From Scyliorhinus canicula (lineage: Eukaryota): a DNA stretch of 64,000 nucleotides. Under the pieces are notes generated by a model. The model was not told the DNA's origin. It did no database searches and saw nothing but the letters and a program-made list of their open reading frames with translations. A program made the position numbers and the translations under genes. The DNA is taken from the NCBI RefSeq assembly GCF_902713615.1, contig NC_052150.1, forward strand, positions 115,505,700 through 115,569,699. Direction: 5' to 3'. Shown here in pieces: positions 12,501 to 25,195 of this stretch (within the stretch, counting starts at the first letter, position 1; every line of letters starts with the position of its first letter).

Positions 12501-15500
12501 AAGAATGCCCTGTACTGGGCTACACCTTTGAAAAGGGGTTTCTGATTTTACTTGGATTTTGTTGTTGAATGGGAACAGTTCTCGGGGAATTCATTAAGGG
12601 TTATACATAGATTACTCTCGCTGTGTGGGGTCTTCATGTTTGTCATTGATAAAGGTTCTTACTGTGTTTGTTTGTGCAAATGTTAACTAAATTCATAGAA
12701 CAAAGCTTGTTTTTTGATTCAAAGCACCTAAGAACTCTTTTGAATAACACCTGAAAGGCAGACTCTTGTGCTCATCGTAACTAAAATCAATAAACATTTA
12801 TAGGTCAGGTGAACTCCATGATATACTTTGGAGTTTTCTAAATGCTGGCCCATAACAGGAGGAGCATCGGCGACTGTTGGTTGAGACAGTTGAGGTGGAT
12901 AGGAAGTACTCTGTGACTCCCATGAAGGAGTTGTTGGTGGAAAGAAAGAAGTTGCTGGGGCAGACGATGGGAAGGGCGGTGGGTCAGCTACATGGGTACA
13001 GTATGAGGAGGGGAGAAGACGAGCCACATGTTTGGCCCAACAGCTGCAGCAACAGGCAGTGTTGAGGGAAATTCTTAAGGTGAAGGCAGTTGGGGGGGGG
13101 GGGGCAAAGAAGTGGTGCCAGATCGAGAGAGGATAAATGATGTGTGCAAGGCCTTTAATGAGGGACTGTATAGGGCCAGGTTTTGGGGGGAGGGGGGGGG
13201 GGGGGGGGGGGGTGCGGTTAGAGTTTGGTATGGGTCATTTTTTTAGATGGAGTTGGAGCAGGGGATGAGGTAGGCACTAGAGGGAGGAACCATTAGGGTT
13301 AAAGGAGGTGATGGAGTGCATTGGCATGATGCAGTCGGGTAAGGCGCCAGGGTCGGATGGTTTCCCATAAGCAGTTCGGGACAGAGTTGGCCGCCACCTT
13401 TTGGGCATGTTTCATGAAACAGTGGAGAGGGGGGAGTTACCAGGTGCTCTGGTGCAGGCATCGATTTTGCTGATCCCAGAAAAGGGGAAGGATCTATTGG
13501 AGTGTGAGTCTGTAGGTCCATCTTGCTGCTGAATGCAGATCCTGGCTAACGTATTGGCAAAAAGGTTGGAGAGGTGTGTACTGGAGGAGGTCGTGTCGGA
13601 TCAAACAGAGTGCCGGGCGTGATTGTGTCAATGCAGAGAAGGCCTTTCACCAGGTACAGTGGAGGTATTTGTTTGAAATCCTGCAGAGGCTTGGCTTCGG
13701 GCTGAGGTTTGTGGCATGCGTTCGGTTGCTGTATGCTTCCCCCAATGCAAATATGAATGACACAAACTCGTGGTAATTTGGGTTGCACAGAAGAACATGG
13801 CAGGGCTGCCCATTGACCCCGCTGTTGTTCGCATTGGCAATTGAGCTCTTGGCGATGGCACTTCGGGTCTTGGCTGAGCTGCAGAGGATTGAGAGGGGGA
13901 AAGGGAGCACCTGTAGTTGTTCATGCCGACCCGTTCAAAAGCATGGGCAGAATCATGGGTTTACTGGAGAGGTTTTGGGCTATAAATTGAATGTTGGGAA
14001 AAGGAAGGTATTCCCAGTGAACGCTGTGAGACGGGGTGAACTTGGGAGCTCTGCTGTTTATGGTGGCAAGGGAGCAGTTCCAGTACCTGGGGATCCAAGT
14101 AACGCATGAGGGGCCACAATGCATAGATGGAACTTGACGGGGTTGGTAGAGTAGGTCAAGGGGGTCCTTAAAAGGTGAGATATTCCGCACTTGATATTGG
14201 CAGGGAGAGTGCAGGTGGTGAAGATGAACATACTGCCAAGATTCATGTTTGTGTTTCAGTCCCTCCCAATATTCCTCCCCAAGACCTTTTTCTTTGGAGG
14301 GTAGATGTGCTAATCGCGGAATTTGTGTGGGCAAGGAAGGTGATGAGGGTGAAGAGGGCTCTGTTGCAAACACAGAGTCAGCAAGGCAGTGCCCTGCTCT
14401 CCCAACCACCCAATCCTACCATACCCCCCCCCAAACTCATCCTGGAGCAACATTTTCTCCAAAAGCGCATATTCCGGTACCTTGCAAACTCTCGAATTTG
14501 TTGCACTACTATTAGGCAGCGAATGTGGAGAAGGTTAGTGGATGGTTGGGGGGAAAGGGGGGATGGGCGCAGATTGGGTTAGATTAGAAGAGGAGTCTTG
14601 CAAGGGCTCTGCTACCTGAGGGCTCTGGTGATGGCCCGGCTGCTATTCGCTCCGTGGAACCATGAATAGTTCGGTGGTGGAGTAGTCTGTAAAAATTTGG
14701 AATCAGCTGAGGAGGTACTTTAAACTGTGTTATAGGTCGGTGATGACTCCATTGTGTGGGAATCATAGCTTTACACCGGAGGGGATGGATAGGAGATGGA
14801 GAGTGGAGTGCCATGGACATGTTTGCGGAGGGGAGGTTTGCTGGGTTACAGGAACTGCGGGAGATGTTCGAAATCCAAGGGTTTAGCTATTGGCAGGTGC
14901 GGGACTTTGCAAGGTACCGGAATATGCGCTTTTGGAGAAAATGTTGCTCCCGGATGAGGGGGGGGATGGTAGGATTGGGTGGTTGGGAGAGCAGGGCACT
15001 GCCTTAGTGAAAAGGATCAAGCAGAAGTGTGAGCAGGATTTTGGGAGGGAGATATGATGGGGACCTTGGTGCGAAATAATGCTCCGAGTGAACTTAACCT
15101 CCTCTTGCACAAGGATGAGCCTTATACTATTTAAGGGGGTGGATGGGGTCCACATAACTTGGGCCCTTATTAATGTTTTTTTTCCGGAGATAGTGAATGG
15201 GTGCAAGAGGTGTGGGAGGAGGCCAACGAACCAGGCCCATTTGTTCTGGGGATGTGAGGCGTTGGAGAGCTTTTATGAGGCTTGTTCGGGTACCTTTTGA
15301 GGATTATAGGGGTTGAGATGTAGCCGGACCCTATGCTGGTGATCTTTGGGGTATCGCAGTTGCCGGAGCTATTGGCGGGGAAGGGGGCTGATGTTGTGGC
15401 CTTCGCCTCTCTGATTACCCGGCGACAGATAGTTTTGAATTAGAGGTTGGCCATGTCGTTGGGATGGCAGCTTGGTTGGGAGACTTGTGTGAGTTTCTTA

Positions 15501-15703
15501 GGTTGGAGAAAATCAAATTTTCCTTAAGGGGGTTGGAGGAGGTCTTCGAGGTACGATGGAAGCTGGCCCTGGCTATATTTGAGCAGCTGTTCATTGGGGG
15601 AGGGAATGGGGAAAAAATGGACAAACTGTATGCTCTGTTGGATGTTAAGGCTGCATTATTATGTTGAATATGTTTGGAATAAAATATCTTATTTTTAAAA
15701 AAA
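9545..15703 (+). mobile_element. Near full-length, degenerate L1-clade LINE (ORF1, then ORF2 EN-RT-CCHC)
   Basis: ORF1 ESRSRRQNLQIVCLPEG; EN fragments MVDPWRFWHP..YSFF; RT QGCPLTPLLFALAIE; C-terminal CKRC..HLFWGC; AATAAA and T/A tail. Confidence 0.88.
12235..12857 (+). mobile_element. Solo LTR (family B) inserted in L1 ORF2
   Basis: TGTCAT...TAACA, GGAG TSD, AATAAA ~12788; homologous to LTRs at 41588 and 48294. Confidence 0.85.
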
Positions 15704-15819
15704 GGAATATCTGTGTAAAAGATATGACCTGTCCCGTGTTCTTCAGCCAACAAGCTGCTATAGAAGCTTACTTTTACAATATTCAATAAACCTTTTAAGG
15801 TTTTATAAGGTTATTATAA

Positions 15820-17800
15820 AGTAGTGCACAGTTGTCAGAGATCTTCCTGTCGGGTACTGCAGAGGTCTGGTCAGTGTGAATCACCGACTCCAGAGCAGAT
15901 TTGACCAGATAACTTTAGCTAGAATTTTATTGTCCACATTCAACAATAAAATGAGTTGCCAATTTATAATTCCTTTCCTTTCCCCCTTCTGCTTGTAGAT
16001 GAGGGTAATGATGCCTCTCCTCATGCATTCTGGCATGCTGCCATCCAGAAACATACCCTTGTACACTTCCAGCAGGTCTGGGTCAATCTTGTCTCACAAA
16101 GCAGAATATAACTCAGCCGGTAAGCCATCGCTTCCGGGGGTTTTGCTCGTTTCAAAGGACTTGACGGCCTTTGTCAGCTTATCCAGTAGTTTGTCCAGGC
16201 TCTCCTGCTCATGATCCTCTAAGACATCCGTGATGGACAACGGGAAGGACTGGGTGGTCATGCTGCCTGTTTGCTTCAAGCCATACAGTCCACCATAAAA
16301 GAATATGCTGATCCTCTGAATGTGAAACTGCGATTACTTTACTGACCTATCTTCTTCCTTCAGGCTGCTGATCACAAAAGTTTCTGTGTGCACCTTTTGG
16401 AGGAAGAAACATGGGTACTTCTCATCCTGTTCCACGGAATGCTTTCTGGACCAGAAGATGACCTTTGGAGGCCTCCGAGGTTAAGAGCAAGGCTTGCTGT
16501 CTCTTCACCTCTTGGAGGTCCTCCATGACATCAACCCCCATCAACTGCAGCCAGAGATGATTCTGCAGGCTTTTCCGGAGCCAGGACATTTTCCCGAGTC
16601 TCTCTCACCTTCTGAACACCTTTGGAGTTGAAGAACCTCTTTGTTCACCTTGATGGCTTCCCACAAGAATGATGGCGACTTAAAGAGGAGTTTCACTGTT
16701 CTCCAACCTTTGTAATCCATCTTGAATTCTTCGAGGTTTTCTGGGTTCAACAGTTTTACATTCAGCTTCCATGTTCACACTCCATTGTCTGGTTTTCCTG
16801 TAAGGTGACAGTTGGCCAGTCGGAGGCAGTGGTCAGAGATGAACTGGTACCGGCTTGACATCGATGGTCCTCACCATGAACGCATGGGACACAAACAGGA
16901 ATTCTATCTTGGGTTGGCCATGTGGTCATGACAATGTGTATCTACACTGCACTCCATCTGAGGATTGCTAAAGACATTGTGCAGTTTGGCATCTTTTAAC
17001 ATTTCGATCAGGAATCTGAATGTGGCGTCCAGTTTGCTGTCGGCCCTGACTGATTGTCCAGCCACATCGATGATGTAGTTGAAGTCGCTTCCCAGGGTGA
17101 CTGGCCTGGAAGTGGCCAGCAACAGTGGGATCTGTTGAAGGACTGATAGCCACTCACTCTTTATGGTCATGGCATACACATTAATCAGTCTGAGGGGAAC
17201 ATTTTCGTATGTGACGCCTGCTGCAAGGACGTGACTGTTCACCACCACCTTAACTTTGGTGATGGTGAAGTTGCCACCCCGCAGCAGAATACCCAGGCCG
17301 GAGGAATGACATTTGTTTCCTTCTGACTAGGTGGATGGCCTGTGGGACCACCATCTCAAACACAGTCTGTAGGTGCGAGGTGCAGTATCCCACACTCCTG
17401 TAGGAACAACAAGTCGGCTGTAATGTTGGCCAGGTAAGCAAAGTTAGCCACACGTTGCGAAGTAGCCTTAATGCATTGCACGTTAATAGATGCAATTTTT
17501 AAACCCATTTTAAAAAGTATATTAACCAGTCACAAAGTCCAGAGTCTATTCAGTTGCAGGTTGAGTTGCTGGATGCGATCCTGCATACTTGTGGTGTTCA
17601 TGAAATGTTTCCGATTTGCAGGTCTGAGAAACCAGTCCAGCTCTGCCTCGGGCCTATAACATTGACCGGGTGACATTGGGGGATTTTGTACCAGTGGTGT
17701 TCTGCGTTGCACTCAGTAGATGTTGGGAATTCCGGGTGATCTTTATCTCAAACGCTGATCTTCCCAGTTTCCTCAGCTGGTGTGTGTTTGCATTTATTTT
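15820..17800 (-). mobile_element. Degenerate Tx1-clade LINE (ORF1 end, EN, RT start), probably Keno-like
   Basis: LRLINVYA, KTPGSDGLPAELY, LLLNVDNKILAKVI; 3'-truncated within RT. Confidence 0.8.
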
Positions 17801-17819
17801 CCTGGATCTCGGATGCGTT

Positions 17820-18876
17820 CTGCCTCGTGGGGTTTAGCTTTGCCGTTTCTGCCGCCCTGATGTGGGAGTACCGGTTGTTAGCATGCTCGTGGAGAACGCG
17901 GGTTTCGATGGTGATGGTGAGGGTGAGCTGCTTGACTTTCAGGAGCTGCTGGCGAAGGGAATCGGAGTGGACCCCGAAAACGATCTGATCCCGGATCATG
18001 GAATCAGTTGTCGAGTCATAGTTACATGACTGCGCGAGGATGCGGAGATGGGTCAAAAAGGACTGAAAAGGTTCATCCTTACCCTGAAGCCTCTGCTGGA
18101 AAACGTACCGTTCAAAGTTCTCATTCACCTGAATGTCGCAATGGCTGTTGAACTTCAGCAGGACTGTTTTAAATTTCGTCTTGTCTTCGCCTTCAGCGAA
18201 TGTAAGGGAGTTGTAGATGTGGATAGCGTGGTCACTGGCTGTAGAAAGGAATAGTGCGATCTTCCTGGCATCTGATGCGGCCTCGAGGTCGGTGGCTTCA
18301 AGATAGAGTTGGAACTTCTGTTTGAAAATCTTCCAGTTTGCACGGAGGTTGCCGGCGATGCGGAGCTGCGGAGGAGTGCGGATGCTGTCCATGTTACCGG
18401 ATGGCTGATTGCTGGTCAACGCAGATTACCTCAAGGTGAGTCCGTCAATTCTCAACATCCAGACCTGGTACCATGATGTGTTGGGTGGGCTGGGTCTGTG
18501 TGGACTGCATTTGATGCAGTGTAGAGAGGGACAGGCTTCCAACATTTAATGAGATGCAACACAATTTTATTTAACATCTAACTATATTACATGCTTAACT
18601 GTGGGTTGACACTATGCTGACTTGACTGGAGACCTGAGGCTCGCCTGACCAGACTAACTGACTACCACATGGTGTTTGCCCTGGCTGCTGCTCACGAGCC
18701 CTAGCTGTCTCACAGGCTGGATCCCAAGAGAGCGAGAAAACTGGTGCCCTCTGGCTTTATAGTGGTCGTGTCCTGTCTGGTGATTGGCTGCTGTGTTCTG
18801 TGTGCTCACTGGTCATCCTGTGTGTCAATCACAGCCTGTCTGCACTCCATCATATAGATGGATGTATATTATGAAA
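17820..18876 (-). mobile_element. gag: Gypsy family A, truncated: 5' LTR 18474-18876, PBS, gag 5' half
   Basis: ORF 17748-18419 nearly identical to Gag at 5137; PBS TGGTACCAGG; LTR homologous to 4654-5055. Confidence 0.9.
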
Positions 18877-19008
18877 CTGGTGATAGGTCCAAGCCAAAGG
18901 CTTAAACCAGCATGAAGTTCTGCCAATAACAGCAGATCTTAAATGCTGTATTCCCTTCTGCTGTCTTCACCAGCTCTTTAAAAAAACTGATGAGAGCAAA
19001 TATTAGAA

Positions 19009-19059
19009 AAACTGATAAGAACAAATACTGCACTTGATCTTAGCCAAAAGGCCAAGAAG
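19009..19059 (-). pseudogene. RNU2: U2 snRNA 5' fragment (approx. nt 5-55)
   Basis: Minus strand CTTCTTGGCCTTTTGGCTAAGATCAAGTGCAGTATTTGTTCTTATCAGTTT vs U2 CTTCTCGGCCTTTTGGCTAAGATCAAGTGTAGTATCTGTTCTTATCAGTTT (3 mismatches); no Sm site or 3' half. Confidence 0.92.
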
Positions 19060-19559
19060 ACAAAACGGGCTTCATAAAACTATTTGCTAAGTTGGTACCA
19101 GACACCCTATTAAATGCACAAAACATTTAATTTAGCATATGTATCAACCTTCTTTTGAATCATTTGAGTCCTCTGCATCAGAACCATGCCCTTGCCCCCT
19201 ATCCTGGTTGCATGTCATTGTTGCCTGGTTATTGATTGCATCACCACATGCAAATACCTCCTCAAAGCTCTCCTCTCAAATATGCACTATCTGAGTTGGT
19301 GATGGTGAATGTCAGTGACTGACCGTGTAATGCAAGTTTGTATTCATCCACCTGTTGCTCATTCACCGTTGCCTGTCCAGGTTACAGTTCTTGGGTATGT
19401 GAAAGGAAAAAATAAAAAGGTAGGGTTGTTGTGAGGGCAGGCAGGGAGAAAGCAAGCGGTACATGTTTACACCATCTGCACCTTGTAAATCAGAAGAAAT
19501 TGCGTTGCACAGGAAGTGGGATGTGAGATGAAAGATTGTATAAAATACTATCTTTAATG

Positions 19560-19760
19560 GTTTCAACCATTGCAGGTGGCGCTGGCCTCAGCCAAGATCG
19601 CTCCAATAATCGCGACCACATCTCTTTGATCAGAGTATGAGCATGCAGCTTTGCTCATTCTCCACCAGTAAGCTGCTGCTGCCTTTAATTGTACACGACC
19701 TTGTCCTGCAGGAGAGAAGGAAGTGTTTTGATAAGTGTGATATAATGTGTTTAGGTGTTC
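19560..19760 (-). pseudogene. Remnant of Harbinger Myb/SANT (NAIF1/MSANTD-like) ORF exon
   Basis: Minus-strand acceptor ttccttctctcctgcag followed by KVVYN*RQQQLTGGE*AKLH.. and ..EMV.AIIG-like pieces across frameshifts. Confidence 0.35.
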
Positions 19761-20212
19761 TGGCTGTCATGATTGAACAGCTGAATTGTGCACAAACTGC
19801 GAGGCTTGTAGCAGTGTTAATTGTATGAGTGTGAACTGAAGCTATGAATGTTAGCTATGACTTGTGATTAATAGTTTTTAGTAGGTGTGTGATAGGCATT
19901 TGGTGCGTTGAATAGTGGCTGAGGCAAGTGGTGCAGTTGGTAGGATATGGTTTTTGAAATATAGATATAAAATTTTATTTTGTCATTCCAAAATGATTTA
20001 AGAGCCACGTTGTTATGCGTATGTCTACTTATATATCCTAAATTCTTCATCCCTCATGACTGCACTATAGACAGGGTAGCGAGCGACAGTGCATCAGTCA
20101 GCAGCACATGGTGTGAACTGAGGAGTACATTCAATAAAATGTCATATTTGAGTCTAAAAGTGTCATTATTTTGAATTACTGTAAACCACGAGGCATCACT
20201 GAATGTGACCAC

Positions 20213-20921
20213 AGGCGGGATTCTCCCGTACCCGGCGGGGCAGGGGGTCCCGGCGGGACGGAGTGGCGTGAACCACTCCGGTGTCGGCCCACCCCAAAGG
20301 TGTGGAATCCTCAGCACCTTCAGGGGCTAGGCCGGCGCCGGAGTGGTTTGCGCCCCGCCAGCTGGCATGGAACGCCTTTGGCACCACGCCAGCCGGGGCC
20401 GAAGGGACTCTGCCAGCTGGCGCGAGTCCGCACATGCGCGGGAGCGTCAGCGGCTGCTGATGTCATCCCCGCGCATGCGCAAGCGGGGGGGGTTCACTTA
20501 CGCATCGGCCATCGCGGAGACTGACACGGCTGACGTGTAGGAAAAGACTGCCCCCACGGTACAGGCCCGTCCACGGATCGGTGGGCACCGATCGTGGGCC
20601 AGGCCTCCGTGGGGGCAATTCCCCAGGGCCAGATCATCCCGCGCCCCCCCAGCACCCCGAAGCCCGCCCGCGCCGCCAGGTCCCGCCGGTAAGGGACCTA
20701 GTCCAATTTATGCCGGCGGGACTGGCAAAGAACCAGCGGGACTTCGGCCCATCGCGGGTCTGAGAATCAGCTGGGGGGGCCGTGGCGAGCAGCCACCGAC
20801 CGGCGCGCCCAGATTCCCGCCCCCGCCGAATCTGCGGTGCCAGAGAATTCGGCGGGGGCGGGATTCACGCCGCCCCCCGGCGATTCTCCGACCCGGCGGG
20901 GGGGGCCGTAGAATCCCGCCC
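20213..20921. mobile_element. PIF/Harbinger-type GC-rich MITE
   Basis: TIRs AGGCGGGATTCT / AGAATCCCGCCC, 3-bp TSD CAC, CpG-rich interior. Confidence 0.85.
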
Positions 20922-21194
20922 CACATGTCTGAGCTCATTGAACTTTTTGGAGCACTATATTTTGTTTATTGGGGCTAGATTCTTGCAATGACCTCCACAG
21001 CTATTGATCCCATTTCATTCACAAAATTTATCTGGAGGGTCTCATGGGCACCTGTGGGTAGATTACGTGTCTCCTTCTCTCCACTAATGTTGGTGCAGTG
21101 TTGTATATTCGTGGAGCTTGCTCTCTACCACATTGTGCTATTATTGCAAGATCCTCACATCAAAATCATTTTTAAAATGAGTCCTTTAGAAACA

Positions 21195-21868
21195 GTCAAT
21201 TACTGCTCATGCATAAACTCTACTCGCTAAACTACAACTACTACTAAAAGCCTATACTTAGCTTCGAGTGGCCCACCCAGTCAGAGGAACAATGGCCGTT
21301 TTCCGATTCTGATACTGCTGGCTTCAAACTGGTACGGAATAGTAGCTAAGAGCGTCTATCTCACAGCGTGCGTTGACCTTAGACTTACTTGGTTGATGCA
21401 GCTGTTGGCAGGTCTCTCCTCGCTGAGAGCCAAGGCCAAGAGAGCGAACTGAACTTGGGGACTCTGCTTTATACCCCAAGGGGTTTCGCGCCCTTCTGGG
21501 CGGACCCCAGACTTGGTCCCAATTAATTGGACCATGTCCCAATCGTTCGTATTGATTTTCTCCAATACCGGAGGTGTTCCCTGATCGTTGGGCAGGCCCT
21601 ATGTGACCGTTGGCCTGCCTTTGTTTTAGCTCCCACTGGCGCCGGGGAGTCTGTCCTGGTCTCGATTGTTTCAATGTTTCTTTTTGTCCCTGGAGATAGC
21701 TCATTAATGTGTTAATGGCTATTGCTTTCAGTTCTGTCTGGGTTCTGCAAATCTTAATACACAGGAAACCTTGCACCTGCTTGTTTTCTCTGGTGTTGTC
21801 CCTTTTTCCCTGCACTCCTTGCAAGTGTCCATTTTGGAATCGGGACGTGGCCACCCCAGGTGGCTACA
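21195..21868 (-). mobile_element. ERV-like LTR, 3' end truncated
   Basis: Minus strand begins TGTAGCCACC; CCAAT-like boxes and GGGTATAAAG TATA box; no TSD found. Confidence 0.55.
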
Positions 21869-22399
21869 CTGGTCTGACGCCCCATTCTCCGCCACTGCGC
21901 CTAGCGTGATTTCGGCACGGAGGATCGGAGAATCCCGCCTAGGGTAAATGGTTGCAGTCATGAACATTATTTCACCAGCGGTTCCAGCATTTCATGGGTG
22001 TTCTATTATTTAAATGGGTAGCGATCTGCCAATTTCCTGCCAAAGACTGCACAAGACTGGAATTTCAGTGTTTAAAAAGAATCTTTGGAGATATGGAAAG
22101 AACTAAATTTGTTATTTCTTTAACTGTTAAAAGGGTAACTTATAGTTCTGTTTTCCATTTACTCCCAAATCTTTTTACCAAACATTGCCTTCAGCGGGTT
22201 GGAAATTATGTAATTTTCTGCAACTTGTTAATAACCAGGTGAGGAGAGGTGAACTGACTTGTTTTTCCATCCTCTTGTTGGTTCTAATAGGGCGGGGGTT
22301 GGGCCTAAGTAGGGTGCTCTTTCAGAGGGTCAATGCAGACTCCAGGCGCCAAATGGCCTCCTTCTGCACTGCAGGGATTCTAAGTTTCTGACAAGTCCA

Positions 22400-23921
22400 T
22401 CAGGTCCTATCAGGGCAAGGGTGTGGAGCTAGCAAAGAAGTGGGCCGTGTTCAATGGAGTCAAGGCTGTCCTTTATAAGAGTAGAATCTAGTTTGGTGTG
22501 GTCTACCCAGCTCGGCTCAGTGTGACTCTTGAAGCAAATGATTATTTCTTTCTCGTGCCGGGAGAGGCGGACTTTTTCTTTAAAAAAAACAAGTTGGGTA
22601 TGGTGTAATGGGTTTTTTGGCTCTGTCGACTGGCATGTTGCATTGTTAAGTTGTTGGGGTTTCATGTTTGTTCTCTGCCTTTTCTTATTCCTGTTGGGGT
22701 TGAGTTCTTATACTTCTTGTTTAAAATTGGGGTTTTACACTCGGGGGGGGATCTGTTCGTTGTGTTAATATAAACTTCCCTTTGGCTCGCAAGGTAAATT
22801 GGGATTTAGTATTTGTTGTTCATATCTATTTTACTCTTTCTCCAGTCTGGAGCCTCCCTGCCAACTAAGGAGTTCATTTATGGGAGCTGTTTTGAGGGGT
22901 TTGCTGCAGCTCATTAAAGTAATTTTTTTTTTTAGATAATGAGCTCAGAGTTCTTGTTTTGTTTGGGTTTGTTAGATGTAGGTTTTAGGTTGTTTGCCTT
23001 CTATTTGTATCCGTGCTTCGATGTGGTTGTTTTCAATGGCGTTGGTGGGGTGGGATAGTCTGCTGAAAGTGGTCTATAGATTTTTCTTTGTCGGGTCTTT
23101 TGACTTGGTTTGTTGACCATCTTGGGCGGATCTTTTTGCTTTTCCTTTTAAATATCCTTTGGTTAATCTCTCTTGGTGGAAATGGCTGACTCCAGACTGA
23201 GGTGGGATGGGAGACCATCAATTCATTTGGTCTCCTGGAATGTTAGGGGTTTGAATGGCCCAGTGAAAAGGTTGAGGGCATTTACTCATCTTAGAATTTA
23301 AACTCCGATGTGTTTTTGCAGGAGACCCAGATATCAAACTAGGCTCCGCAAGTGGGGGTGGGTAAGGCAGGGTTTCCATTTGGGTTTCAAAGGTAGGGCC
23401 AGGGCTGTGGCAATTTTAATTCATAAAAGCGTTCTGTTTTCTGCTTCTTCAGATTTTAGCTGACCCCAATGGTCGATATGTTATTGTCTGTGGCTCCTTG
23501 GTGAGCACCAATGGTTAACATTTACATCCCAACTGGGATGATACAAATTTCATTAATTCCCTGCTGGCCCGGGCAGCACGGTGGCCTAGTGGTTAGCACA
23601 ACCACCTCACGGCGCTGAGGTCCCAGGTTCGATCCCGGCTCTGGGTCACTGTACGTGTGGAGTTTGCACATTCTCCCCGTGTCTGCGTGAGTTTCGCCCC
23701 CACAACCCAAAAATGTGCTGAGTAGGTGGATTGGCCACTCTAAATTGCTCCTTAATAGAAAAAATAATTGGGTAATCTAAATTTATTTAAAAAAAAATTT
23801 TTTAATTCCCTGCTGGCCGCCATCTCTAATTTGGCTGGTATCAGTTTATTTTAGATGGGAACCTCAATTGTGTCTTAGACCCTAGATTGGATCGTTCCAA
23901 GCCTAAATCTCCTGCTCCATC
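22400..23921 (+). mobile_element. Old L1-clade LINE, left part (ORF1 end, spacer, EN start)
   Basis: VSWNVRGLNGPVKR, DPNGRYVIV, GNLNCVLDPRLDRS; resumes at ~34990. Confidence 0.75.
23570..23801 (+). mobile_element. HE1-like V-SINE (T/A-tail type)
   Basis: A/B boxes and core; 17-bp TSD TTAATTCCCTGCTGGCC. Confidence 0.92.
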
Positions 23922-24127
23922 GGGGACGGTCTTCACCTGAATCATGCTGGGACCTGAGTCCTGGTGATTTGCATAACTAGGGCTGTAGATAGGACTTTAA
24001 ACTAAATAGCGGGTGGGAGGGTTCAGTTGTATGAAAAATTAGAAAATTGAAGTTAAAGGAGAAGGGAACTCATTAAAAGGGGGGTGGGGAGGACCTAAAC
24101 GAGTATCAGAACAGAGAATATGGAAAG
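23922..24127 (+). mobile_element. CR1 fragment (ORF1 esterase end and inter-ORF region)
   Basis: DGLHLN motif (GACGGTCTTCACCTGAAT) then TTTAAACTAA; shares GAGAATATGGAAAG with 27556. Confidence 0.6.
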
Positions 24128-25195
24128 CTCACAGTGTTCAACACTTTCTGCATCATTATCGATAACTTCAAGCAGATATTCATAATAATCGTCCTCGGAT
24201 TCAGCATCATCGTCAATCTTTTCACCTGAAAAATATAACTTTGCATACGGATGGAATTATTTGTTAATGAAATAGAGAGCCAAGTTCAAAATCAGCCTTT
24301 TCTTTGGCCACTGATGTGTTGGGTAAGCTGGGTCTATGTGAACTGCGTTTGATGCAGTGTAGAGAGAGACAGGCTTCCAACACTTGAAAAGATGCAACAC
24401 AATTTTATTGAACAACTAACTATAATACATGCTTAACTGTGGGTTGACACTATGCTGACTTGACTGGAGACCTGAGGCTAACCTGACCAGACTAACTGAC
24501 TACCACATGGTGTTTGTTTTAGCTGCTGCTCACGAGCTCTGACTGTCTCAGAGGCTGGATCCCGAGACAGCGGGAAAACTAGTGCCCTCTGTCTTTATAG
24601 TGGCCATGTCCTGTCTGGTGATTGGCTGCTGTGTTCTGTGTGCTCACTGGTCATCCTGTGTGTCAATCGCTGCCTGTCTGCACTCCATTATATACCTGGA
24701 TGTATATTATGACAGCCACCGAAGCTTGGCTTAAAATTCCACCCTGTGGAACTTCAGTGGCACCGAAGAAATTGAAGAACAATTCATTGGATATAGTTCT
24801 TGTAGCTGATCTTGGAGTGCTCTGAACCATGTATTTTGGTTTTGTTCAGGTGGTTGTGATTGTTTTCTGCCCTCCCTGCAGTCGAGTGTGCAGCCTGTGC
24901 AGCCTATGATTTGTCGTTCAGCCAAGAATGATTTCAGCGGTCATCAGTCCAGCTGATACATTTTGGTGATCACGTCATTTGTGAAATGCTCATTAGGCCC
25001 AAATGTAAACGCCAGAGTGAAGCTCCATGGCTTGTATTGTATCATCTTCTTGTATCATGCCATTGAGCCTGTGCACGTTCTTCAAGACTGTTAACCAGAA
25101 TTGCGGAATGCTCACTGGCAGTTCCGTCCCCTTGTCTGGTTTGTCGCCCTAAACTGGGATTTCTTCTAAATCCTCATACACCGTTCACACTGTAA
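24128..25195 (-). pseudogene. NAP1L: Intronless NAP1-like (nucleosome assembly protein 1) domain, decayed, abutting Gypsy protease and split by a solo LTR
   Basis: Ordered motifs IPQFWLTVLKNV..MIQEDD (25077-25109), SFTLAFTFGPNEHFTNDVITK (~24962-25024), IIGCTGC (~24890-24910), RTISNELFFNFF (24765-24800), ADFELG (24279-24296), LYFSGEKIDDDAESEDDYYE acidic tail. These are collinear with NAP1L1 IPEFWLTVFKNV / FHFEPNEYFTNEVLTK / IMGCTGC / TVSNDSFFNFF / ADFEIG / LYFTGEAIEDDD. Confidence 0.9.
24312..24714 (-). mobile_element. Solo LTR, Gypsy family A
   Basis: Full-length homolog of 4654-5055; TG..CA; 5-bp TSD GCCAC. Confidence 0.93.

Noticed and set aside
19009-19059. Functional U2 snRNA gene
   Set aside because: Only ~51 nt, with a mutated branch-recognition region (GTGCAGTA), no Sm site and no 3' half
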